Assembly: GCF_006345805.1 (NCBI RefSeq)
Contig: NC_043001.1
Location: 80,848,001 to 80,912,000 of the forward strand
Source of the DNA: Octopus sinensis
Taxonomy: Eukaryota
Length of the DNA stretch: 64,000 bases
Direction of reading: 5' to 3'
Shown here one piece after another: positions 51,576 to 64,000 of this stretch. The position numbers and the translations under genes were made by a program. Each line of letters opens with the position of its first letter. Positions within the stretch are counted from its first letter, which is position 1. A model generated the notes under the pieces. The model made no database searches. It worked only from the letters and a program-made list of their open reading frames with translations, and had not been told where the DNA came from.

Positions 51576-51920
51576 ACAGGGTTCCTCAGAAGGTTCTCTG
51601 GAGTAACATTACTCAACATGGTACATAACTTAGGGATCAGTGAGTTTCTCCAGGTTGAGCCACTAGTCCTCTACATTGAGAGGCTACAGCACTGGTACTA
51701 AGGACATGTGATGAGAATATTGCAGGAAAGAATCGCAAGACACATTCTTCAAGATGAACCAACCAGAAGACTTAATGGTGGACCAAAAGCGAGATGGCTG
51801 AATAATATCCATATTCTCAATTGGTCATGGCTCGGAAACCAATCAGAAAGTTTAATGATGGATGCTTCTGATAGGACCCTATGTGGAAGGTGCCTGGGAT
51901 CTTTGCCCCAACTACCCCAA
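51576..51920 (+). mobile_element. 3' fragment of an RTE-clade LINE ORF
   Basis: One frame reads GFLRRFSGVTLLNMV..ISEFLQVEPLVLYIERLQHWY*GHVMRILQERIARHIL..PTRRLNGGPKARWLNNI..W..LG. This matches the RTE C-terminus pattern IERxQLRWFGHVxRM...GRPxxRW. Confidence 0.8.
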
Positions 51921-53409
51921 GGATACATACATATCAGCCAGTCCCATTTGGATTTTCTGTGTTCTAAAACTGTATTGAAGTTTTACAATCTGATATCCAT
52001 TGAACTCTCCATTAGCATGGATTTATCTTTTGATGGTTACTCATCAATTCTTTCTCTCTTTCAATCTCTCTCCTTGTATATATATATATATATATATATA
52101 CAATAAGATATTATAATGATAAATTAGTATATTATTATATATTAAATACATTATGATATTGGTGGCTATAGCAATTAGAAACCAAAAAGGTAAAATAAAT
52201 AAGGGGGCAAAACATCGCCTGCAATTGCTAGAAATTGGAACTAAAAAATATAACTCGAATAGCCACACAAAATCACCAACCTCATGAGATGTTCAAGGAC
52301 TGTGAGTGGCAGGCCACATCTTTCTCCAGTGAGATAAAACTCACAGAATGAAGTAGTTTAACAAAGCCATATATATATATATATATGTGTGTATGTGTGT
52401 GTGTATATGGCTTCATTTTTTCCTATATCTTAAATTTAGTATATGTATAATTTTAAGTGACAGTCATATACATTAGTATATGTAAATTAAAATGGAGTGT
52501 TATATGTATTTAATTTTGAGTTGCTGTTGAACTAGTAAGGGATCCTCTATGTGGTCAACCAGCCTACTAGAAATAGCTACTAAATTTCTTTGAATTACAA
52601 TTCTTTCTTAAAAAGTATGTCAAACACATGAGACAATATCTAAAAAATGCTATTTCTGAAAGAAAATTTGAGATGGGCATGGCTTCTGAACACCTTTTAG
52701 CAGAGGTCTGGTGTCTGTTGGAAGAAGACAGAATCTGGGGCTAAACAAAAATAACAACAAACATTCCTTCATTCTTTTTCCTGCTCTCTTTTTGTGATGA
52801 GTTGTAACGTTCCTGGTGCAATAAATGGTGATACTGTTAACTCACTCTTACATATATTTGATGCTCAAATAACTGGAACTCTAAAGTGACTAATACTGAG
52901 GAAAAAAAACAAAAAAAGAAAATCTGTTGTTGATTAGAGTCAAGAGAATTCTTGCTAATTTGTGTTAATTAATTGCCATTAAAAGAAAGTTTCTACTCTA
53001 TCTAAAATGGATCGTTGCTTCTCAAAGTACTGTGCAATATTTTATTTTACTGCATTTACAGTATTTTATTACGTTAATAAAACTTGCTCTTTACTTAAAT
53101 TATATTTTCCTTTTTCTCTCATTTCTACTACATTCAGAATATTAATGGTATTAACTGATGTATATAGAGAGTTTTAATGAGTTTTGTAAGGACCTATGAT
53201 AATTTAAGATGTGATGGCCAGATATACGGAATATTCAGTTGTTCAGGTACAGGCATGGCTGTGTGGTTAAGCTCGCTCTCCAACTGTGAGTTTTCAGGTT
53301 CAGTCCCATTACACAGCCTCTTGGGCAAGTATCTTCTACTATAGTCCTGGGTTGTGGGCAAATTTTATTGACAGAAACTGTATAAAAGGCTGTCATGTAT
53401 GTGTGTGTG

Positions 53410-53720
53410 TAGCTTAGGGATTAGAGTATTTGGCTTATAATCAATAGGTCATGAGTTCAATTCCCAGCAATATGTTGTGTCCTTGAGCAAGACATTTTAC
53501 TTCATGTTGCTCCAGTCCACTTATCTGGCAAAAATGAGTAGTAACCCTATTTCAGAGGGCCAGCTTGGTCACATTCTGTATCATGCCTAATCTCCTTGTG
53601 AACTACATTAAGGGTACACATGTTTGTGGAGTGCTTAGTTACTTTCATGTTAATTTCACGAGCAGGCTGTTACGTTGATCAGATGAACTGGAACCCTCAA
53701 TGTCATAAGTGATGAAAACC
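53410..53720 (+). mobile_element. SINE family C, tail type 2
   Basis: tagcttagggattagag..gagttcaattccc..gtgtccttgagcaagacattttacttcatgttgctccag, then tail 2. Confidence 0.75.
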
Positions 53721-54050
53721 CATATATATATGTCTATATATATATATATATGTAATATATATATACTATATATATATAATATATATATATATGACATATA
53801 TATATATATATATATATAGACTATATATATATATATATAATAGACATATATATATAATATATATATAGACATATATATATATATACTATATATATATATA
53901 TATATATCTATATATATATATAGACATATATATATATATATATATATATAGACATATATATATATAGATATATATATATAGACATATATATATATATATA
54001 GATATATATATATATATATTATACATATATATATATAGACATATATATAG
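53720..54050. repeat. ~330-bp (TA)n tract punctuated by GAC
   Basis: Recurrent tagacatatatatata units. Confidence 0.9.
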
Positions 54051-55039
54051 ACAAGGCATAAATAATGGTTATTACATATTTCTTTGTTGTAGTAGATTTG
54101 ATTTTCAGCTGTTTCCAGTAGTCATTATAGGTTCATTAATGAGTGATTTACTCAAGTCCCATTGATCAGTTGAGAAAAATTGAACAACCTAGAGAATTAA
54201 TGGTGTTATCATCATTTTCACACACACTCATATGTGGCGTGTCTTTGTGTTGCGCTCCCCACCACAACCACCACTATTTGACATCTAGGTCTTTCACTAT
54301 AGCCCCTGTGCCACACAGTACAACTGAACCTGAGACCTTGTGCTTGGGAAGCAAACTTCTTACCGCACTGCCTCACCAATGCCTTGTTATAGAAATGAAT
54401 AAGATTTGTATCACTTTTGTGTTTGAATCAGCTTTTGTGCTCATGTAATGTATGTGCGTGAAGCTGCTTGAAATACGATTTTGCACGCTAGATAAAGATC
54501 TTCAAACAAAATACTTGATGCCCATGGTTTCAATAGCCAATTCTTCTTTTCCATGCAAAAAGGAACACCTGGAACACCTGTTCTTTTTTCTTAAAAGTTC
54601 CACTAACCTTATCTCGTCAATGACACCAAATGGAAATTGCAAATGTTAGAATGGGCGAAGGGAATAAAGAAGGGAGGGAGCAGGAAAACAAAAGTCTGGG
54701 GGTTGAGTGGTATAACCTGGGTGAACCAAAGAGTTCAACAGAAGTGTTTTTATTCATTTATCTATTATGTTTTCTAAATTACTTGAAGATTTGAAGATAC
54801 AGCAAGCATTAAGGTTATGTTTATGTGGTGTTGTACTAAAACACTATGTGATGAACAAGGTCATGTTGATGGTAGTGTTAGTGGTTGTAGTGAGTGTAAT
54901 GATGATAGTGAAATGGGGGAGGTGGGAAAAGACGGTGTTGATTAGGGGCTTTGGTGGATTTTTTTTAAATATGAGATTTACTCTAATTTACTTGAAACCT
55001 ATATTCCCCCCCACACACACACACACTAGACATAACACC

Positions 55040-55660
55040 TATAATCATCACCACCATCGTCACCATGATCACCATCATCATCACCACCATTGTCACCATG
55101 ATCATCATCACCACCATTGTCACCTTGATCATCACCACCATTGTCACCATGATCATCATCTTCATCACCATCATCACCACCACCACCACCATTATCACCA
55201 TCACCACCACCATCATTACCACCACCATCATCAACACCACTATTATCACCATCACAACCATCCACCACCATCATCACCACCACCACCATCATCATTATCA
55301 TTACCACTATCACCACCATCACAACCATCCACCACCACCATCCATCAGCATCACCACCACCACCACCATCATCATTGTCATGATTGTCTCAAAAAGAATG
55401 TGGGAAATAAAAGTAAGAACAAAAAAGACTGTTATTTTGGGAAGATAGAAAAAATGTTTTTGTTGCTTTGTTTTTTTTCTGCTTTTGAGAAATGGTGATT
55501 TCTCTCTCTCTCTCTCTCTCCCTCCTGTAGTTGTCATGTGTATCATTATTATCGTAGTCTTTGGCACCATTACTTTACCATTTTTATCTACACCATCAGT
55601 TATTGCTGTAGTCATTGTTGGCGTCATTTGTATTGGCCCGTCACCATTTTTAACCATTAC

Positions 55661-55723
<63 letters not shown>

Positions 55724-56040
55724 GTGTCATCCTTACTAACGATGATTGGTACCACCTTCATTCCTATCTATCGTAACTGTTATGACCAGTCACCATCACT
55801 CTCCCCATCACCATTACCATTTCCACCACCATCACTATCATCACTATCTACACCACCGTTCTCATCATTATTACCACCACCCTCATCACCATTGCCACCA
55901 TCATCATCATTGCCACCACCACCATCACTGTCATCATCGCCACCATCATCAACACCATCATTATCACCATCATCACCATAATGAAAGATATTGCTATAAT
56001 GATTGTCTTCACCCTCATAGTCCTTGTCTTCATCACTGCC
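55040..56040. repeat. (CAC/CAT) tracts flanking a pure (ATT)n run (~55660-55723)
   Basis: Source of the poly-His ORFs. Confidence 0.9.
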
Positions 56041-57653
56041 ATACCAAACATTTCTGACAGCCATCTTGGAATAGTTATTGCTGTGTCCTGTCTCTGTTCT
56101 GTTTTGCAGTGCCCATTTATAGTTTAGCTGCTGTCAACTTCCTTCTTACTACCAACCCTGATATCCCCAAACTCCTTGCCATCCTTTTCCACTCAGGTCA
56201 TCATTTTTTTTTTTCCAAGACTGCAGGTGTCTGGAAACTGTTTCTTCTCTGTCTGTCTGTCTGTCTGTCTCTCACTCTCTATTTGTAAGACTTTCTTTTT
56301 TTGTCTCTGCCTTCCTCTCTTTCTCGCCCCCCCCCGTCCTATAACTAGGTGCGTGTTAACATTGCTTATATACATACTATGAATATTTGTGCGTATGTCT
56401 GTCTACATGTGTGTATGAATGAATATTCTTTACTTACTATCTGACTACAAATCTTGTAAATTGTATTTTCTTTTCCACACTTGTATATTTTTGTTTATTC
56501 ACTTCCTTTCTTACTTTTTTTTCTGTCTTAACCTTTGACTTGGTAGCTATAGCTGTAATGACCTGAATGGTTTAAGAAACAAAATGTTTCTCTTAAATAA
56601 AAACTTGAGCTAGATTGGGTTTATAATCTAGTTCTCATATTATAGGATTTCATTGTCTATGCTCAAATATATGTATGTTTGTGTGTCATTATATATATAT
56701 ATACACACACGATCTACTTTTATGAAATAAAGACATCAAATTGAGAATTTTAGCTGGTCCATCCTATTTCTTATCTTCCTTTTTCATTTGATGGATGGGT
56801 CTCTTTACTCTTGCCAGTTACAAAGTGACTTCACTAATACTGATACAATAAAAAACAAAAATAAACAGGTATTGGTATGGCTGTATGGTTGAGAGACGAG
56901 AAGAGAAAAGCTAGCGCCCCAATCATGAGGTCGTGGGCTCAGTCTTACTGTTTGGTACCTTGAGCAAATGTTTTCTACTATAGCCCTGGGTTGACCAAAA
57001 TCTTGTCAGTGACTATAGTAGATGGGAACTGAAAGAAGCCTGTTGTGTGTGTGTGTGTGTGTGTGTGTACATATATATATCTGAAATATGTAAAGGTTAC
57101 TTAACTTACCCTTTTCACATTGTTAGAAGCTCTCCTTCATTATTTGCTCTCCCTGCTTCTCAGGTATTTTAACACCTAGTGTTTTGAGAGAGTAATCTTC
57201 ACCACACCAAACTGCAGCCTACTGGGAAATACATATATATGTGGTCAATAATGTGTATGTGTGTGTGATGAGCTTCTTTCAGTTTGGGGCTGAACCAAGT
57301 GAGATTGAACTAAAGACAACATGGTTGGGAAGCAAACTTCTTATCCACACAACCATGGTTCTTTATTAATCCATACAGATGCGAGGCAAAAATTAACCTT
57401 GGCTGAATCTGAACTTAGAACCTAAAGATATGCAGCTAAACACTGCAAGGCATTTTTGTCCCATGTAGCAATAATAGATTTCTTGTATTGTTTGTGAATG
57501 ATTTATTTTATTTTTGCAATCTGTTTAAGACAGGTTTGTCTTTGTTATCTTCAAGGGTAGCTAGGCATTCTTGATTCATTGAGAGGTGATGAATCATGGG
57601 TGTGGGGTTGGACAGACCAAGGAAACTGAAATTGAGATAAAGCTTGTCCTCTT

Positions 57654-57699
<46 letters not shown>

Positions 57700-58444
57700 A
57701 CACGGATGACACAATGACAATTACAACAGAACAACAGTAGCAGCAGCAGCAATAACAACACCAGGCATTCTTCCTTTTATTTTCTTTTAAAACTTTATTA
57801 TTGTTATGTACAAGATACTTCAATCTCAATTTCATTGTTCATAGCTTGGGTCTAAACCACCCAGACGCATGCACACATACACACACTCATACATAGCCAA
57901 CATTGTTTAGCTATATGGTGGTGGTGGTGGTGGTTGCGGTGGCTGGAGGTAAACATGTTATCAACAACCAATGAGGGTAATGGTGGCAGTAATAAAATCA
58001 GCCTTAGTAGCAGTGGTCGTGGTGTTAATAGCTATGGTGGTGGTGATGATGGTAGTGACTAAGATTACCATAGTAGGAAAGGAGCAAGACAGTGGAGGCA
58101 AGGGTAGTGGTAGTGTGGGGAGGATGGTAAATGCTCAGGTTTGCTTTAGAAATGGGTCCAAAACTAACTGAGAAAGACACACACACACACACACACACAC
58201 ACAAGCAAAGACAGATCCTACGATGCCCCGCCAACGGCTCCACATCCATGCACATGCATGAACCCTAACCCTTACCTCCCTTCTCTTGCTACATGCATAC
58301 AAAAAAATAGCTGTGAGAGGCAATATTAGGTGTTAAGGTATTTGCTTAGGCTTCATTTAGAGAAAGAAACACAGAGCAGAATCAGTTTCTGGTAAAACAG
58401 CCTTGGGTCTTCTTGCTGCTGCTGCTCCAACAATAATAATGATA

Positions 58445-58465
58445 TTAATATGCTAAATAATAATG

Positions 58466-58496
<31 letters not shown>

Positions 58497-58740
58497 TAAT
58501 AATAATAATAATAATAATGATAATAATAATGATAATAATGATGATGATGAATGATGATAATAATGCCTGCAATGATGTTAATGATAATAATAGGTGTGGC
58601 AACAACGATAGAAATAATGCCAATAGTGATAATGATGATACTAGAAATAATAATAATATTACTACTGCTACTATTACTATTACCACTAATAATAATAATA
58701 ATAATGATATATGATGATGATGATGATGATGATGATAATG
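58445..58740. repeat. (AAT)/(GAT) tract
   Basis: Direct inspection. Confidence 0.9.
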
Positions 58741-59187
58741 GTATGTGTGTGGTGAAATGAGAGGAATTTAGAGAGGGAGAACAAAGAAAGAAAAAGAGAA
58801 AGAAGTTGATTGTCTTACTCAAAATCAGATATGTGTTTATAGCCAGAATTGAGTTTTGTGTTGTCACTTCTGTATTTATTATTATGTCTTCTGGCTCAGC
58901 TTTCCTCCAAGTATTTCCACCCAGTTTTCTTTTTTTTTGGGGGGGGGGTTCTTTTCTTCAGTCCTACCCAACTAACTTCTTTTGGGTTAGGGGTGAGTGG
59001 ATGTGAATCAGTGAGAAATGTTCTAGTTTGCTGGTGGTCACTTTCGTGAAAGGTAACCCAGTACCACTTTAACATGTGATATGTGGCACATTGTGCGCCT
59101 GCACAGGTATGCAGTGTTCCACACTTCGGGTGCCAAAGTGATTGCAGAGCAATGTGGCCATGTGTATATGGATATGTGCATATGTAC

Positions 59188-59220
<33 letters not shown>

Positions 59221-59230
59221 TATATATATA

Positions 59231-59280
<50 letters not shown>

Positions 59281-59282
59281 TA

Positions 59283-59595
59283 CAAGTAATGAGAGAGAGT
59301 CCACATGTGGTCACTCTAACGCTAGATATAGATCCATGGAGGGAATCCACCACTAAAGAATTGTTCTCAAGAATTAGTTCAACGCGCCAAGAATGTAAGT
59401 GAGCAGGACAAATGAAAAGTAAAGAATAAAAAATAGATTAACTCTATACAATTGTTTCACCGTTAATAGATTGTGTAATTTTACTTACATAATCATTTTC
59501 AGATCTTCAGTAGAGTATATCAAAAATATAATATAATTTGCTGAGTCGAACGCCAACATTAGAGTGACCACATGTGGACTCTCTCTCATTACTTG
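59283..59595. mobile_element. 313-bp MITE with perfect 37-bp TIRs and TA target duplication (Tc1/mariner superfamily inferred)
   Basis: TIR caagtaatgagagagagtccacatgtggtcactctaa at 59283-59319, exact reverse complement at 59559-59595. TA at 59281-82 and 59596-97. Confidence 0.9.
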
Positions 59596-59889
59596 TATTA
59601 ATAATTTTTACTGTATCCCAGTTTTTATACGCTAGGCCACTTGGTGTTTTAAATTGATGTTATTAATTAATATTCAATTTTTTCACCCTTATTGTGATTT
59701 TAATTATATATATATATACACATATACAGCAGGCTTCCACACAGTTTCCATTGACCAAATTCACTTACAGGGCATTGGTCAGCCCAGGGTTGTAGTAGAA
59801 AACATTTGCAAGGTACTGCTCAGTGGAACTGACCCCCAAAACTCGTAGTTGCAAAGCAAGCTTCTTTACCACACAGCCATATCTGCATC

Positions 59890-60095
<206 letters not shown>

Positions 60096-60929
60096 GTCTT
60101 GTCCAATTTTATTTTCAGTCCTGTCTCTCTCACTGCATCTCAGTCCTTAATCAAATTAGCTTAATACTTGCTCTTGTTTCATTTTGGTGATTATGATGAC
60201 AATCATGATGATGTCCTATCTTTTCAATTATGTCATCAGTTATCCTCTTATCTCTGTTATTATTATTATCATTATCATTATTTTCATTAATCATTGTGAG
60301 ATATTAGATGAGAAAAAGAAAAAAAACAAAAGTTTATTTCCTTATTCTAGTCTGTGGCGTTTTTGTTCAATATTGTTATTATTATCCTTGTTGTTGTTGC
60401 TATTTTTGTTGTCATTACAATTAGTGAGACAGTGACAAATTGTTCAAACAACTTATCCATTGTGATGAATGAGGATAGAGAATAAAATTACATTACATGG
60501 GTTGGGAGTAGGGGTGCATAACAACACTAGGTACTGCTGGTGATTGGTGTTTAAAGAAGGGATCTGGTCTCATATACTTTCATAGTATCTAAACCCACCT
60601 CCCTGCTTTTATAGGATTTGAAAAGATTAAAGTTGATCAAAATTGGACTAAGCCTTTTTTGCATTAGTATTTAGTTTCATCCCTCTTGGTTACTCGACAT
60701 AATCCCTCTATAGTAATATATTACAGGATTGAGTTTAACTGATTATACTAATTCCTTCATAAATCTGTCTGTCTGTCCGTCCATCCATATATATATATAT
60801 ATATATATAGTGTGTGTGTGTATACATAAATAGATCAAAAATGGAAGATGGACAAGCAAAGCAATTGGTGTTACTCAAGGATATTGACTTCATAATAAAG
60901 AGTTTAAATTAAGCATAGAACAGTTGTGG

Positions 60930-61400
<471 letters not shown>

Positions 61401-61534
61401 ACATGTAAAAGATAAAAGATGTGTGTGTGTGTGTGTGTGTGATTCTTTTGGGTAACAGTGGATCTTGAAGCAGTAAAGCTATAAATAATAGTATGTAAAT
61501 ATCTGGTTAAAAAGCTTTTTGGAGAGGAAAAAAA

Positions 61535-61607
61535 TGCTGCTTGTGGGACATGAATCCGCATCTCTTGCAAACATGAGAGGCATTCTACCATTGAACCAAA
61601 AACAAGC
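61535..61607 (-). pseudogene. Degenerate tRNA-like (Gly-like) sequence followed by a T-run
   Basis: Minus strand tggttcaatggtagaatgc (as in the tRNA-Gly D arm)...ggattcatgtccc...gca then TTTTTTT. Acceptor and anticodon stems are broken. Confidence 0.4.
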
Positions 61608-61769
61608 CTTTGAATGTCTAATTTCTCTATCATTCTTATCTGTAAGAATTGTATACTGTTGATGTCATGAGAATTTAAAACTTCAAGATAAGGTAAAATA
61701 ATTCTTTTTTTTTTTTTTTTTTTGTAACTGTGAATTTCGAAGTAGAAAAGCTGTAAATAATAGCATGTG

Positions 61770-62135
61770 AATATTTCATTTGGTACTCATGCCAGTGGCC
61801 CATAAAAGGCACCATTCAAGCACTGGGCCTCATGGGGGGCTATGTGACTGATGCCAGTGTCAGGTAACTGGCACCCATGCCAGTGGCACATAAAAAGCAC
61901 CATTCAAGCGTTGAGCCTTATGGAGGCAATGTGACCAATGCCAGTGTCACATAACTGGCACTCATGCTGGTAGCATGTAAAAGCACCCATTACACTGTTG
62001 GAGGGGCTGGCATTAGGAAGAGCATTCAGCTGTAGAAACCATGCCAAATCAGATTAGAGTCTGGTGCAGCCCCTCAGCTTACCAGCCCTGGTCAAACCAT
62101 TCAACCCATGCCGTGGACAACAAATGCTGATGATG
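61770..62135 (+). mobile_element. Family E copy with a tandemly repeated ~87-bp 5' module
   Basis: catgccagtggc..taaaa.gcaccattcaagc occurs twice plus a third partial copy before the standard family E body. Confidence 0.75.
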
Positions 62136-62159
62136 ATATATATATGTATGTGTGTATAG

Positions 62160-62420
62160 GGGAGAATTCACACACAAAAAAAAACAAAAGATGAAGACGG
62201 GTGGTGTACACAACAAACAGATGTATTAGTTTAACGCTCAGGAAGTGAAAACGTCTTTAACATTTCGAGCCTACGCTCTTCCACAGAAAGGAACACAGAA
62301 AGAAACAAGGAGAGAAAATAAAGAATGTGTAGTGGCTAGTGATCTATCATGGCGAATGCTGGACAGAGGGGTCACACAGGAGAGCTAGGAAGAAGGGGAG
62401 ATAATAATGTAATGGTGATC
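62160..62420 (-). mobile_element. Penelope-like terminal-repeat fragment carrying a variant minimal HHR motif (62255-62290)
   Basis: The minus strand reads CTTT-CTGTGGAA-GAGC-gtag-GCTC-GAAATGTT-AAAG. Second copy of the repeat at 320-515. Confidence 0.5.
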
Positions 62421-62759
62421 CCAAAATGAAGGTGCGCGTGTGTGTGTATAAGAGAGGATGTATGTGCTTGTGGAAGAGGGCTGGTGACCTTGACGTGTGT
62501 GTGTGTATATGTATGTACATATAGCTATGTGGTTAAGAGGTTTGCTTCTCATTCATGTAGTTACTGGTTCAATTACACTGCCTGGTATCTTGGACAAATG
62601 TCTTCTAACATAGCTCCTGGTTGACCATCGCCTTGTAAGTGGAGTTGATAAATGGAAACTAAAATAGGCCTGTCATATTAATACTTTTATTATAGAATAT
62701 GTATTTTAAATCATCCTCATTACCACCACCATCATTGTCATTAGCATCCAGGCAGTGAT

Positions 62760-62970
62760 TTTTCCAGAATCATTAGTCTGCCACACAAAAGTACTTAATG
62801 CTATTTCTTCCAGCTTCATGTTCTAAGTTCAAATGTCACTCAAGTCAATTTTGCTTTTCATCCTTTCAAGGTCAATAAAACAAGTACCAGTTGAACTCTT
62901 GGGGGGTCAATGTAATTAACTATTCGTGCCTCTCAAAATTGCTGGTTTTGTGCCAAAAATGAAAAAGAAT
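62760..62970 (+). mobile_element. SINE-B copy (another at ~63350-63530)
   Basis: ccagaatcattagtctgcc...aagttcaaatgtcactcaagtcaattttgcttttcatcc. Confidence 0.7.
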
Positions 62971-63244
62971 TTTTTTTATTGAAATTATTAAGCAGGTACA
63001 GTAAAATTTAGTACCAGTCATATGCTGAGATATTTCTCATTGTTGCTTTAAAACCCTTGCCCTATTGTTTTGAATCTGAAACTTATTCAGATCAACCTAG
63101 CTTTTTAGTGATCCTGTTATCAATAAACTATTAGAAAATTTTGTATGATTGTGTGTGTGTATACATACATACAGATAAATCCCCCCCCCTACACATACGT
63201 GCACATACACGCACACACAATTATTCTTTCACAAGTATAGTGTT

Positions 63245-63289
63245 GACAGTGACTGAAGTTTCAGTGTAATTAGCCTTCATTAGACTGTC
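63245..63289 (-). ncRNA. Monomeric, probably inactive copy of the same hammerhead family (G5A core change)
   Basis: Minus strand GACAGT-CTAATGA-A-GGCTaattacACT-GAAAC-ttca-GTC-ACTGTC: perfect 6-bp stem I and GUC site, decayed stem II. Confidence 0.6.
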
Positions 63290-64000
63290 CGATAAATATA
63301 TTCCCTATATTAAGTATTGAGTAATTCTTTAGTTTAATGTAATGTAAAATTATTTTGTGGCATTTCATCTGTCTTTGTGGTCTGAGTTCAAATTTCACCA
63401 AGGTCATCTTTGCCTTTCATCCTTTCAAAGGTCAATGAAATAAGTATCAGTTAAGCCATGGGGCTGTAATTGACTAGCCCATTCTCTCTCCCTGCCAAAT
63501 TTCAGGCCTTTGTCTATTGTACAGGAGATTATAAAATTAAACACACATACATACAGACCCAGCATAGCTGAAATATCTTCTGGAAAGGTGATAGCCCAGT
63601 GCTAGTTTTATATCAACAAAAACTGTTGTAGTTGATGTAACATACTTTTGGAATGCTGTGCTGGGAAATCACTTTATACACAAGCTGTGATTCTCATTTT
63701 GATCATGTGACACTTGACTCTATTCACTTTCTTTATCATCTCCCCTTCTTGTTCTCTCTCTTGTTCTCTCTCCCCTCCTCTTATAAGATTAACTGCGGTG
63801 ATGGTGATGATAATAGTAGTAGTGGTGGTGGTGGTTATTGTCGTGTGATAGGTGTACTTTTAAGATAGCCATCAGCATTTCTACTACTGTCATCCTGTAG
63901 TACTTTTAGCATCTCTTTGTCATCACCACAATGACTTTTATGTTACCATTGGCATCCTTCATCATCAACAGCAGCATAATGATCATCATCCACACCATTA

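Noticed and set aside
54767-56064. Poly-His, poly-Thr and Asp/Gly-rich ORFs up to 243 aa
   Set aside because: Translations of CAC/CAT/ATT microsatellites, open in several frames on both strands, with no splice or domain support.

Overview
This is eukaryotic DNA, and the repeat families and very dense microsatellites resemble an octopod cephalopod such as Octopus (recognised from memory, not searched). It is not prokaryotic and has no CRISPR. The only host gene I can support is the 5' part of a plexin (best match class A) on the + strand. Its first coding exon (acceptor at 9263, CDS 9273-10406) encodes a signal peptide and most of the Sema domain. A 40,726-bp phase-0 intron follows, then a 186-bp exon (51133-51318); the gene continues past the window. 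The rest is intronic: tRNA-derived SINEs of several families, mariner, piggyBac and hAT MITEs, a full-length but dead DD37D (maT) transposon, an RTE-LINE 3' fragment, simple repeats and one 100-N gap. Nearly all other listed ORFs are low-complexity or repeat artefacts. The most interesting signal is a set of hammerhead-ribozyme (HHR) motifs of Penelope-like type. One has an intact core and a GUC cleavage site on the plexin sense strand (29820-29862), embedded in a head-to-head palindrome with a decayed antisense twin. Related or variant motifs lie at 63245, 43440, 411 and 62255. The AUG exon also has the architecture of a circRNA precursor. Repeat boundaries are read by eye and approximate unless terminal repeats are quoted.
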